This document shows positions 50,425-64,000 of a DNA stretch of 64,000 nucleotides, one piece after another; the stretch's first letter is position 1, and each line of letters begins with the position of its first letter. Below the pieces are notes generated by a model. The model was not told where the DNA came from. It ran no database searches and saw only the letters and a program-made list of their open reading frames with translations. The position numbers and the translations under genes are program-made. This stretch comes from Trichoplax sp. H2 (lineage: Eukaryota): assembly GCA_003344405.1 (NCBI GenBank), contig NOWV01000137.1:1-64000 (forward strand), in the 5' to 3' direction.

Positions 50425-53400
50425 TAATGCACCAGACATCGCATAAAAATTGAAATTTGAGCAAGATAATTCTTTATTGAACATCTATACGCTTTTATTT
50501 CGTAATGCTACATCATCCATTGAACGATATTTATTTCGCCCTTGAAGATTTTACATAAGCTGTTGCAGTCTTTAACATACGCAAAATTTAATTTAGTCTA
50601 TAGAACGAATTGAGGAGTTTCCTCAATTGTTTTAGTAGATGCTACAGTCTTTGCAAGCAGTAATAATTATTATGCAAGATTTGCTGGTCAATTTTACGGA
50701 AAGGTAACGTTCAATAAAATTTAAATTTTTTGGTGACACTACAGATTTAAAAATACTAAAAATCTCTTAGGATTTATTAGAACGTATCTGTTTAAAGTAG
50801 TAGATATACTGGTTGAAATAAGAAAAAATAAACAAATTTTCTGAAAGTGTACTACATCATCACTAATAACTTGTACATCTATTCATACATGCTTATTGAA
50901 GCTTAATTCGGGTATCAACTGCCATTGCAGGAGTTATCTCGAGATTTTATGCTACAGTCTAAGAATATTAGAAGATGCTATTTTTGAATATTGATTTTGC
51001 TGCAAGAAAGTGTCAGTGACATTATTTCATTGTTCAATGTAGTCGCTGTACTAATTAGAAATGATAAATAAAGAAATTAAATTATAATAACAAGTGGAAG
51101 AACTTTCGGCTTTCGAATTCCAAAATGATTACGACATCATATGAATAGTGGAACAATTCAACTTCTAATCCTTTCATTAGAATTTCTTGATATTCCTCAT
51201 TAGACTCACGCCTAAGTCTAGAAAAGGAGGCTGATGTATTAGATTATAGGAGTTTGGATATGCAATCATTTTTAACCTAGCTTTTTCATTGTTCGTAGTT
51301 ACTTTTAAAGTTAAAGCTATTATAATCGAAGAATAGCTGTAAATATTATCCTGTACTGCTATAAATAAAGTTATGATACTCATAATTTCTCATCTACGAG
51401 TAATTGGCCATTAGTATTACATAACATCTTTAGTCTGACAAGACTAATCTCAATTAAATATATTCCAATCGAATTCTAATCCAACATGCGAGTGTACTAT
51501 AAAACCAATATTTTACTATGTTTATGCTAAGTAAGTTTTAGAGTTCTAGTAAAAATGCTACGATAATTATGATCGAGATTTCACAATTGAATTAATAGAT
51601 AGGATAAAGAAAGAAACAATAATGGTTTAAGTCTGTTTAAGCTGCTAAGTTTATGTTTTTGCATTTAATCAAAAATGCGTATATAATTGAGTATTAGAAG
51701 TTCGCAATATTTTTAGCTGTAAAATTAATTCAATAATGCTCACATCCGATGGATTTCCAGCGTGAAGTTTACATAGTTTATTAGGCTTAGAGTTACATTA
51801 TGCTTTTATAAAGTTTATATCATAGATCAGAATGCTTATAAAAAATATACTCGAAGGACTTCCGGCAAGCAAAGGCACGAAGTAAAACCAGTTATATCGT
51901 GACAAGCGCTATATCATTTGCAATTTTCCAAATAGTAACATTATCAAGTGGCTACAGAATGTGAATTATTCCCATTATTCATATTTGTATAATTGATCTT
52001 ATCATAGATACTCCATGTAATTAAAACCCGTGGAAGATCATAGCTTAATCTTTATTGCACTCAGATAGAGTTGTGCTTATATCCAATGTTACGAAGACAA
52101 AAATGCTACATTATTAATTTATGGACTGTTTTCTTGACATAAGACTTACGTTCTAATTTGATTATTGACAATTATCAATGCGCAAAAGGCAGTATATTTA
52201 AGTTCTACCTTAAGCTTTGATAAGCTATTTTGAAATTTGTTCGACAAAAGTTTAAACAATTTATTAGATTTTTTAATAATTGTCATAATGCTTCCTGCTT
52301 TATGAAGAATTCAGATCTCAATAATAATAGTATAGAATAACATCCATGTATTGATAACTTTGGCTATTATGCTTAATTTAAAGACTAGTAGCTTACGTAA
52401 GCTAATCTAATACTGTTACAACATTGCTTAAAAATTGATGCTACACTTAAAATAAAATTCTCTTTAGTAAATTGATCTGATTAATTCGTTGATAGAGTAC
52501 AGATTTTAAGTCAATTTAAGATTCCTTTTATTTATTTTTATACAATATACATACAAAGGACATTTATAAACATCTCTCAAAATACAATTATTTGAAATAT
52601 AATGATATCAAAGCCATTAAAAATTGATCACAATAATCAACTGCAAATTATATTTCCTTATAAAACAGCATCGGAACTGGTACACAGCTGACCTTATGGC
52701 TACTCTGAAGGAGGAGCTTATTTATCAGCCTAATTCGAAAACAGTTCTTTAGTTGTTCAATATCTCTAGCTGCTAACTATCATCAAGCCATAAGAGGTCA
52801 TTCAATCAATCGATTTATAAGCAGAATCTTCTGTGGTGGATAAATTTTATTAAAAAATTGGATAAACTGTTTTAGCTTGGATAAATAACAGATCGGATTT
52901 AAAGCAAAGCTATTGAAAGATGGATTATTATCTCATATCTATACCACGTTGATAATACAAAAAAAATTAAATTATAACGCCGAAGATCCTAATACACTGT
53001 AGTAATTAGAAACAATATTTTGTCAAAAATAAGCTCTGTTATCGTAAAACATTAAGCGCTAGACAGAATCATTTCGGACAATCTACATGGTAAATTTAAG
53101 GTAAATTTAAAGGCTAATTTTTAATCTTTATATATCTACATAAATTGGATAACGTAGAAATTACTGAGCCGCTATATCAAAGATAAGGGTAAACTCTTTC
53201 AGTAGCAATTTCAAAATATTTACCGAAGTGAGTGTAGTTAAGGTTAATTATTTAAGGTTAGATAGAATGATTTTCGACTACCTATGGCGTAAATTTGAAG
53301 GAAATTGTTCTACTTTTTATCCGCTTAAGCCAGAAAATATGAAAATTAGTGAATCATAGAGTCAAAAATAGATATAAACTTTATCAATAGCAATTAAATA

Positions 53401-55484
53401 TATTTTACTAGGTAAATCCAGTTATTGAATATCATTTAGCACTGGAAAAAACAATTTAGGATTACTCTAAATGGTGAACCTTACTTAAACTATGATGAAT
53501 TAACACCTATTTATTAACCTACCTTTCGTTTTAAAGTGGTCTATCACCCTAATACAATATCGGCTTATAGATAATATAAAACGCTATAAGCATGCCTGGA
53601 TGCAATAAAAGGCAATGAATAAGGCATTGTTATTTGCGAATCACTCACTATATAGCTAGAGTAAGATATATTGCCAATGGGTCAAGTGCCCGCTACCTAC
53701 GCTAATTAATTATATATGAATAAGAAACCTTTCCCAATTTACTATTTATTCATGAAGGTAGACAGCTTATCCCAATTATCGAGTTTATTACAAATAAAGT
53801 AGAAACTGGATAGCAGAATCAAGTAACGATTGAAAAGTAATTTACCTACGGAAATCCAGTATTCAAATTATTCTAGGCTACTCTTAAGTCATGACATTAG
53901 ACAAGGTATGAACAAAATTTGTATTATTTGTCTGCTATCATTAACAGTGTACTATGGACGGATCGGAAATTTGGATAGCAGTAGAGAATTTAATTAGACA
54001 TATTGTGATATTTTATATAGAACATTTGATTTCCTATCGTTAAATTACAAATCCTCCTTTTTTCAAGTCTAGGCGTTAGGCATGATCATCGGAAGGGCGA
54101 TGCCTTCTCCATTATTCAAATAAATGATTTATGTTGGCTTGATCACGTTACTTCGCTTGTCTTTCATATATATATATCATAATCCTATTGATAAAAATAG
54201 CTTGATTTTTATTCCATTTTCGTATTAGAAAAAGTTGTTTTTCTTATGGTAATGAATAAGAAATTGCTGTTATTAAAGGACAAAAGTCATATCAACAATT
54301 AAGGTGGGACCGAATTGGTAATAACATGAGACAAAGCAAAGACCGAAATTTTCTGCAGTATCATAGTTTGATCATAGGGAAATGATTACAATCGCCTGTT
54401 ATAGAGATTTAAAAACGATTTGCCTTGAAAATAATGGAATTCTTTTCTAGACTAATTGGCCATAGAAATGACTTAAACTGGTTTTTTCACCTTATTGGCG
54501 TAGCTAAACCTACGTAGTGTATAAGATAATATAGCAGTCGTGCATCAGAGAAGAAAATTTGAGCATACGTATTCTCTTATTCATCGAGGACATCCAATTC
54601 ATTGTTCACTCATTCTATCTAAATTGGATCCATCTATAAATTAATTATTATTGACAATTAGCCTCTCGGTAGCTAAATCCTATATAAACAAATAGCCGTA
54701 ATAACGGACGAAACAAACTCATTTGGTTCTAGAAAATAGCACGTAGCTTGACTCCATCATTCTCCAAGAGTATTTATACTCCTAGCCAATGGGTACCAAT
54801 TTAAATCTATCGAGCAAGATGAACTATTGATATAGTCTAAAGAGAAGAAATTATCTTTTGACTCAATAGGTAGAATACTGAAGGCCGATCAAATTATGTT
54901 TTTTAATTGAAATTCAATTCCCTCTAGGAATTCTAAATAGGAACATTGAGCCGAGTGTCCAGTAAATTTTTAGTAAAGTATCCTATTTAGTCATTGATTA
55001 TTTCATCAGGAATGTCCATTGAAAAAGTAATGTTATGTTCTACCTAAGATCCGGTAATGCTTTAAAATACGAATTGAATTATTTAGCTTTGGATTATAGC
55101 GATTGTCTCCGTCAAGAAATTTTTTTTCAGCGTTGCAATAAAATTTCCATTTTCAATACAATTCTTTCTCGTTATTGTTTGCTACATAATAATCCTTCAT
55201 TCAATTTTTTTGTATCATTAACAGTATGAAATAGTTGGGTTGGGTCTGTATACCCTAAGTAGTTATTTTTCTAATTTAGGTGATCCTTGAAATACTGGAT
55301 TAGGAGCACTCTTGCTGATTCTATCCGGCATTTGGTCTATGTTAGGGTAGTGGTGTCTGTTAAGGAGTTATTGGAAGATTATCGATAAGAAAGATATCCG
55401 AAAATTGACATCATATTTGGTTAAGAGTTCTTTCACTCTTTGAAAAGTTTTCTTTATAAAAAATTATCCTACTTTCTATCCACC

Positions 55485-58400
55485 ATGACTCGATTAATAC
55501 TTTTAATATTTCTTATATGCTGCTATCAAGTACCAACAATATCTGGACAAGAATCGCTATCGTTAGCCATGCTTAGTATAATAGACGAAACTTATGTTAC
55601 CGAATCGATTGTACTCTCAACAGATAATTTTCTGTTTTCTATGGATATGCGGACATATACGTCTTCTATTTCCATGTCTATGCAGACATCAACATCCACA
55701 CTTTCCTCGAGCATTGTCGCAACCCCAAGTACTGCCAGTTCAACCGCTCGACAACCAACTCCTACGCCGGTGATAGGTAAAAATTATAGGATCCTTGTTT
55801 TTTCTTGGATATATTATGATTACGTCAATTTAAAGTCAATATGGGGAATGTCTAATTCAAATGAATAAAATACGATCTATAAAATGGTAGAATGTCATGA
55901 GTTGAGAAACAATTTAGTTTGCTAAGTAACGGTTAGGATGAACGAGTCCAGAAATAGGGAAGGCTAATATTCTCTCCGACTTGAAATAATTTAGAGTATG
56001 ACAGTCGTTTGTGTAGTGACATGCGATGCTAATTTTCTCTTCACTGCGAGATTAAAATTTGTACGCAAAACTGAAAAGGAATTGGTTTTAACTTAGATAA
56101 CGATAACGAATAATATGTACTGTAATGGTTAAATTAAGACTGAAAATGCTACTGGTAATTATTATCATAATAGTATTCTAGTGTTAAGATGCGTAAAACC
56201 GACAAAACAGTTACGGTAACGAGTTGATAAACGATGAATTTTCCGAAATAGCTGCCTAAAAATATGCTAAATATTCTAAGAATTAGGTCAAGACTGATAT
56301 TTTCAAACTTGAATATAGTCAGAGACAGCTGCCATTGCTAGAAAATCCTTTATTTCATCTAAAGTATACAATAATTAAAATATTTAAGGCATGGATGTAA
56401 ATATAAGAATTATTCTAATAACGGTAAATAACGATTAGGATAAATATGCAATCTAATGGTTAAAATCAGATTTCTATCGATTGTAGATCCTGTCGCCATG
56501 ACAGGAGATTTCGAATATAATCTGGCCAAATAGTCAAAAATGATAGTTAGCGCGTCGATATAAGTGCTAATTAAACTTATGCCAACTATAAATAGCCATC
56601 AGAATAACTAGCACAGAATAGCTAGATTAAGATTCCGATTTTCAAGCATGGAATCGTAAATCGTAACAAACTTTACTATGATTGCTGATACATTTTTAGT
56701 ATCCTTTTTTAACGTTGGATCAAATAGGTTACGGTTAACACGTATTTAGCATTTATTATACCCTTGGAATTGAATCAATGTCAGAAGCTGTATATATAAT
56801 GAAGTATTTTATTGCATAGCCAATAGTAAAACAAATTCTAACTAGCGTTAGCATTGCAAAATAATTTTAATTAAATCTGGCTTCTTTGGCTTTAATAACG
56901 AGTAGATAGTGGAAATATACGCCCTTTTTCACGAAATAATGGCGTTCCAGACGGGCAATCTTGCCCGAGTATCGATATACCGCAAACGATTGGATTACCT
57001 TTCTATGGAAAATTATTTTATAAAGCTTACGTAAGTATTAATTTGATGTTAGTCTTAGCCAGTATCTACGATAACATCTAGCTGTTATAGGCCAGACGAT
57101 ATAAAAATGCTGTCAATTCAATATTACCAAACGATATAAAGTAAGGAAAGTAGATTGAATTTAGCGAATCTCGAACGTCATTTTTTAATATCATAGCTTC
57201 GAAAGTTTATGCATTTATTCATTTGATGCTAATTTTTGGCTGGTTTCTGTCATAATATCACGCTGATAGTTACTAATATTAATACAGTACTTATCTGATG
57301 ATATACGAGAAAAGGTTTGTAAGTACCACACTATCAAATGATATACTGAACATAAGAAAACAGTAAAGAATCTTTAAAACTCTTCTCCTATGCTATAACG
57401 AGCTAAACTATATCAAAAAGACTACGAAGATATTGATTTAATTGCTAGTCTGGCTCAGCCCTCTTCGCAACAATATCAGTTATTCGACGATAGATGATTT
57501 AAAATGTTTTAATGTAAGAGTTAATTACTGATAGAAAGACAAGATATCTTGAAAACTATTTTTCTATATCAAAACTTCTTAGAACTATATTATCTGCCAT
57601 GCAAAAGCCTTGATTTATGATTCGTTCAGTGGGTTTCTATTAGTATAGCTTAATCGTTAATTTTCAAATGATACATTCGTGAAAAGATATAATCTCAAAT
57701 TGATTAAACTGCAGCATGTAAGGACCTAAGAAAACGGCTGACATTCTTGAAAATTAATTTTGCGCACCTCACTCGACTGAGCTATATTGCAAAGTTTATA
57801 GACGCCCTGACTTAATGTTAGTGTTGGCGAGTTTCTATTATAGTATTATAGATACTACTGATCAAACACTAATGGTTATAATTTCAACACAATCAAAAGA
57901 TGTAAGGCCACAAGATAAATTTAAAGGGTTTTAAAAATTTTTCATGTCTATCTTGACCACATTGCAATGTACGAGATGTAAAAAGTCTTGATTTAATGTT
58001 AGCGTTGGCAAGTCACTATTGCCATCTCGTAGTTGCTACTTATAATTATTAGATACTATAAAATGTTATAATTTCATGATCGAACGATATAAGGACGCAG
58101 CGTCAAGAATCTTTCAAAAAATATCTTTTCATACCATAGATAGCTATTACAACAGCTAATGATTGGTACCTATTTATAGTAAGGTATTTAATAATAACCC
58201 TTTTCAACGACAAAGAAATCCTTGTAGGCTACTTAAATTGTCCTAGTAATTAGCATTGATATCAACAGCGTGGCTTAATTGATTTATTTATGATAATCTC
58301 CTTGAAAAAATAATACTGTCAATAGAATCGTAAATTTATGGCCTTTACTTTGATATTTCCTAAATTAGATCTGTGGCAATGGTATGGTCACATTTAATCG

Positions 58401-61400
58401 AAATACATGGGTGAAATACCCAGTTCCCTATGGTGGTGCAGTAATCACAGCTAGTGTTGCTGCAATTTCGCCATTTTGGTGTTTAGCATCACCTCAACAA
58501 CCCAATGGCTCGGGAACATACTACGAAAAGTTGACGGAAAGCGCACTATCCATCTATAGTGCAGAAATTCGATCGGCATTTAATAAAACTGATTATGTGG
58601 CATCATGGGGCTTGCAAGTCACTTGGGAAAATTTAGTTGTTGATTCAACTCCGATTGATACTACTAAAGTAAGTTCTAGCCCACTTTTTTTCTTGTTACG
58701 GTAGTCTGTGGAAAAATATCTTGCTTTGATTCTGTTTTCTATATCAAAATTTTGTATCAAAAATATATATGTCTTATAGAAAAATACATTCCAAGTTCAA
58801 ATATTAACGGATGGGACCTCGACATACGCCTTATTTCGCTATCCTAACAATGGAATTATGTGGACCTTGCCTAGTAATTACAGTTATTTATCAGGCCTTC
58901 AAATTGGTTTTCCAGTGGCTGGATGGGGCAACGGTGGCTCAACTTATAATAATATTTTTCGATCAGGAACTACTGGAATCTCACAAGTTGTTATGGGAGC
59001 TAATGCTAATTCAGGCAAACAAGGCTATTGGAGATATGTGTGAGTCAATTAAGAACAATACCTACCATAAGGCGCAAGAACAAATTAATTAACTTTATCG
59101 TTATCAGCGATTCAAATGAAGTAGATTATTGATTTTTTAAAGTACCGTAGAATACCCGGTGCCAACTTAACCTTTCTATTTATATCGTAAGTAAATGACT
59201 AATTTATTGCAAATACGACTATTTATAGATTAACTCAGAATGCTCAAAGGCCAATTGAAGGAACATGTAGAGCTTTCTTGGCTCAGCCAGGGCCAAGATC
59301 TTTTCCACTCAGGTGCCCTTGTTCCATAGGCCAGGCTTTTTTCGATTGGCGCTTTACTTTTGATGCTGTATCAGGTAATTCGAGATGCTTTCGTTCACGA
59401 TTTATACGAAATGGGATTGCCCGTCGATGCTGCTACCGAGGATTTGGACTAGGCTATGGATCGTATATCATAGGACCACGCAATCCTACAGCAGGCTACG
59501 TAGTCCAATTCAACCGAGGCTCTTTCGATCATACAGGCCACAAAGCCTGCTGTAATCAGCAAACACCTGTTCAACTATGTGTTCAATTTTATAACAAATA
59601 TCCGAGTGGACTTTGCCGGCCTTCACCGCGTCAAAGTAAGTCAATTGAATGATTGTGGTATAAGAGATGTAATTTAAGATTGCAGTCATTCCTTCTACCA
59701 ATAAGCTATACCTACTGCAATTACTAGCAAATTTTTTAATTTAAAATTTATTCACTTTCTAAAATGACTATCCTATCTAATTGATATCGTCAAATATTAA
59801 CTTCTTCCTTTAGTTATAACTTTGACCTCCAATCATAACAATTTCTACCATTTAACTTATTCCAATTCTTAAAATGAATTTCCTGTTTGTAATTGATGCC
59901 ATCAGATATTTAATCATTTTTTTTAGCTATTACTTTGACTGTGACAAGGCTTAGTAAATTTAAATTGTAAAATTCATTTCAATTATTCTAAAAAATGAAT
60001 GTCTTATATTGAAGCCATCAGATATTGAATTCTTTTTTACCTATAACTTTGGTTACAAGAAACATTTGTAAATTTTAATTCCAATCCCTAAAACGGTTAT
60101 GCTGTATTTCATTAATTCTATCAGATATTAAAATCAATTTTAATAACAATGATTATTTTAATAATATAAAATTAAGGCCTCAGCAATTTCTTTATCGATT
60201 CCGTTTACTTCATGCATTTGTATTGCATTTTTCCTTTTTAAAATGGCTTTCAGTTTTAAAAGTGATATTACAGCATATGTAAATTATACTGCATAGTATA
60301 ATTGGATATCGAAATTATCAACTACTGTATTTATTGCTAACTGATGAAAATCAATGATATCTTAGGTTGGTTTTGGGGCGATCCTCATTTTAATACCGTG
60401 GATAATCAAAATTATACCTTTAACGGAATTGGTGATTTTATATTATTACGCAATCGAACGATGAGCCAAACACCCTTCGAATTCCAAGCTCGTAGTGATG
60501 AAGTTTCTCCTGGTGCTGGAGCTACGGCATTTAAAGCTGTTGGTGGATATGAAGGTGGTAGTGGGATCGTTGAATTTAACTATGACAAGGTTACTAAAAG
60601 TCTTCAATTATATTACAACAAAGTGAACCGGACAATCGGAGATTTACCACTTACCCTTGGTAGTGATGCTATTCATGTTCTTAAATTAAATTCAAGTGCG
60701 ATGAGAGCGGAATTTAAATCAGGTATACAGTACTACTACGGCGTTAAAGTTTGAGTTTGAGTTTAAATAAGCTACTTTACACCAAATTTCAAATTTGTTT
60801 TATGAGTCCATCTTTCTTCTCTTCCTCCTATACTTTAACTAAATTTAACGATTCAGCTGGAAATATATCAATATATATTAGATGTAATTCGGTTTTACCC
60901 TTAATTATCCCTACTTAGCTATATCATATGTATCGTACCTCAAAGTAGACTTAAGTTTCTAGCAGTTATGATTATGATCTTCTAGAAATGTAACATTACT
61001 AAACAGTTTAACCAACTGGTCTATAAATCTGCTGCATTAATAATATTCAGCTGAAATAAATATTGAAAATCTATTATCACGATGAAAAATGGTCAAATAG
61101 GTACGACACTGCAAGCCATTTTGAGATCAGATGGAATTTTAGATGCAACCGTGCAATTATCACGGGATTACTACGGCAATACAGAAGGCCTTTTAGGTCG
61201 ATGGGACGGAATTCAGAATGATTTTGCCAATTCGAATGGTGTTGAATTTCCACTAAGTAGCACTTCAGCGCAGGAAATTCATACTGTAGGAAATACATGT
61301 AAGTAGGTTCCTTCCTACTAGTATTTTATCGTTTATCAATCGCTTTAAATCAGTTCCAAGCAAATCTTTTTTTAAGTTTTTGTTGGAATACGTGTATATG

Positions 61401-63975
61401 GCTTGTCGTTCTTGAGACGACATCCATCATTTTTTGATAAATTGGCACTTAGCAAGAGCGAAAGTAATATCTACAGTATTGATTGTCTCTCAATCTCTCA
61501 GATATAATGTTCTTGTTCTCCATAAGGTTGATTATCACTTTATGATAAACTTGATCCTTCAGCACATTGTTAAGAAGGAATACATCTAGGCTTTCTTTTT
61601 ACTCCATTCTAAAACCTAAGTAAACTAATTTACCGGCTGATCATGCACTCTTATAAGTTTGTATGACAAGAACCATTTTGCTATGATTTCATATTTTTTC
61701 AATCGGAATTAATTAATAGTTGAATTTTCTTTTAATAACTAGTAGACATGCTTTATGCTTGATTAATAGCTAATTAATCTTGATCCGTACATTTGGATAG
61801 AAATTCATGTGTGAATGAGTAGAAGCACGGTCTGAGCTTATGTTTCATTTTTGCCTTATCAAGATGTTGATCGCATTTGGCTGAATTTACATTTTAACAG
61901 GGAGAGTAAATCCCGGAGCTGGAATCTTAATTAATTTTCCACCAACTTCAGGATCATACCAACCAAAGTTTACTGACAATATCACTTTCAGCAGTCCAGA
62001 ATTGGAAACAAATGCAACCAAAATCTGTGGACAAAATATTGCATGTTTATTTGATGCAGCTGTAACAAATTCTCTTGCTATTGGTTTACAGTCTAGATTA
62101 GTAGATCAGACCAATAATCAAGCAAAGGAAGAATTAGGTAACGTAGGCAATTGGCTATATTATAAGTAATTTTTGTGTTTTGCGTAATATAAACATAAAT
62201 TTTTAGTAAGAGCATTTGCACATTACCATAAATACAAAATGTAGATATAGTCTGGTCTATATACGGGTATTTACCACGATAAAAGAGTAAAGTTACTCTG
62301 ACTATCTACGATTATTTTTGCGAAATATAAAAATGATATTATTATAAGTGTGTTTACTTGTCTTATCAGATAGCTAGTGTAGTTTATTCTAAGAATGAAT
62401 ATTTTGCAAATATATATGAATAAAGTCTCATTTCGGATACGCTTACTTGCCTTGACAAATACTTGATGTAATCTGCGGGTATTTTTTGTCAAACATAAAT
62501 ACGACTCTTTAGTTGGAATATTAATTTGTCACGGCAAATACAATATAAGCCAAATAGTCTAGCCTATCGATCAGCATTTGCAGTAATTAAAAATCATCTT
62601 TCTCGTCGAATTCTAGACCATGAACCTCCACAAATGATCGTGCCTGCATCTATTAACGTAACGGTTGGCTCTACGGTTTCTTTTACTGTTACTGCTTCAA
62701 GCAATAATGGATATAGCATCAATTTTACGATATCAGGTCTGCTACCTACTGGAATAACATTCTCTAATGGTAGCAGCAATGGTAGCTTTGTCTGGAATGC
62801 TACATCAGCCAGTCCAGTATCCCTAACATTTATCGCTACTGATAGCAGAGGTAGGTCCTCCTCCGTAACACCAATTGTCAATATGTGCAATTGTACGAGC
62901 AATGGCCAATGTATGTTTAATGCTGCCGTTGGAGAAGCGTTTGCTGTGGTTCCATGCAAGTGTTCTGCAGGATATACTGGTCTTCGATGCGAGAACAATA
63001 TTGATGCATGCCTAGCTAATCCAGATGCATGCTATCCAGGAGTAAAATGTACAGATCAACCACCTCCAGCTGGAATAAATGGCTTTACTTGCAGTCCATG
63101 TCCTGCAGGGCTTAACGGGAATGGAAGTACATGTACAGGTAAGCCATGGTTTACAATAATCGTTACCAATTAAGGAGATAGTTGTTAGGAATCGTTTTAG
63201 TAACGTAGAAATTGTAGCAGGATAGAGTTATTATAAATGAGAAAGGGTGATGAGAATGATCTTTATGAGCAAACCTGCTGCTGAAAATACAAGAGTGTTG
63301 AGGAACTGTAATTCATTAAACTTAGGAGAATTTTTAATGATACAGCTCATAAATGACTTATTGCAGACATTAATGAATGCCTGGGATCTCAGCATAAATG
63401 TAATCAAACTTGTGTCAACCTGGTTGGCTCTTATCGTTGTCAATGTCGATCTGGATATCGCTTAAATGCTGATGGCAAGGGGTGTCAAGGTAATGCTTCG
63501 ATTCTGCCTTTAATTTGATTAATTTGAAATCGTTTCTCTATTCTATCAAGTAAAAAAGACGATAAACAATAGATTTCTGAATTAAAGTTAATTAATTTAT
63601 GTGTGTAAATCATATCTTAAGATATAAATGAATGCATTGGACTAAATAACTGTCAGCAAACATGCATTAATCAGCCAGGTGGTTTTCGGTGTTCTTGCTT
63701 CGCCAATTTTATCCTTAATGTTGATGGTCGGACTTGCAGAGGTTATATTAGTTTTTCTCTTCTTTGATAGTTCTTACTCTTAATAGATATTATGTTGTAT
63801 TGCTACATATGGTAGATTTGAAAACTCAATTACTTTTTGCACGTATTCCAAATAGCAAATAATTCTTGCCCTCAACCGAATGTATGTGGAAATAACCTTT
63901 GCCATCTAGAAGGCACTGCTGAAATTTGTACTTGCAAAAAAGGCTATCGATTAACTGGTCCTAATACCTGTATAG
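55485..63975 (+). CDS. MUC4/SUSD2-like mucin, copy B (3' end beyond the window)
   Basis: Signal [13 protein letters not shown], short S/T region, then exons matching copy A one for one: [61 protein letters not shown] and DINEC EGFs. Confidence 0.9.
57030..58150. repeat. Degenerate intronic tandem repeat, ~180-200-bp unit, about 6 copies
   Basis: Recurring tt(g/a)atgttag-gttggc-agtttctatt, gttataatttca and gat(g/a)taagg at ~57040, 57220, 57435, 57610, 57810 and 57990. Confidence 0.6.
59720..60140. repeat. Degenerate intronic tandem repeat, ~110-120-bp unit, about 4 copies
   Basis: atcagatatt-like block near 59785, 59900, 60015 and 60120, mostly followed by a tataacttt(g)-like block. Confidence 0.6.
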
Positions 63976-64000
63976 GTTAGTTTGCTACAACATCAATGCG

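Noticed and set aside
50500-55400. Long intergenic stretch with short ORFs (51177-51383, 55035-55229)
   Set aside because: No recognisable motif, exon chain or RNA gene found by eye.
62594-62998. Antisense ORF with a counterpart at 43017-43268
   Set aside because: Shadows of the paralogous sense exons; the similarity is explained by sense-strand coding.

Overview
Left end of a chromosome from an AT-rich, intron-dense eukaryote. The gene set and compact introns suggest an early-branching animal such as a placozoan (Trichoplax-like); this is inference. The window opens with about 27 copies of the telomere repeat (TAACCC), and genes begin only ~1.6 kb in. Order: kinesin-like gene with an intact P-loop but degenerate switch I/II (-), head-to-head with PCM1 (+); a decayed copy and an apparently intact copy of a two-CRD, probably GPI-anchored, cysteine-rich protein (+); an intronless torsin (-) head-to-head with neurochondrin (+); a MUC4/SUSD2-like NIDO-AMOP-VWD-EGF membrane mucin (+); HSD17B10 (+); and a second mucin paralog that runs off the window (+). 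Most notable is a putative ciliary/centriolar-satellite module: a likely pseudo-kinesin and PCM1 sharing a spacer with an RFX X-box next to a perfect CRE. A self-complementary TACAG/CTGTA array marks both divergent spacers. Exon structures were read by hand, so terminal coordinates are approximate.
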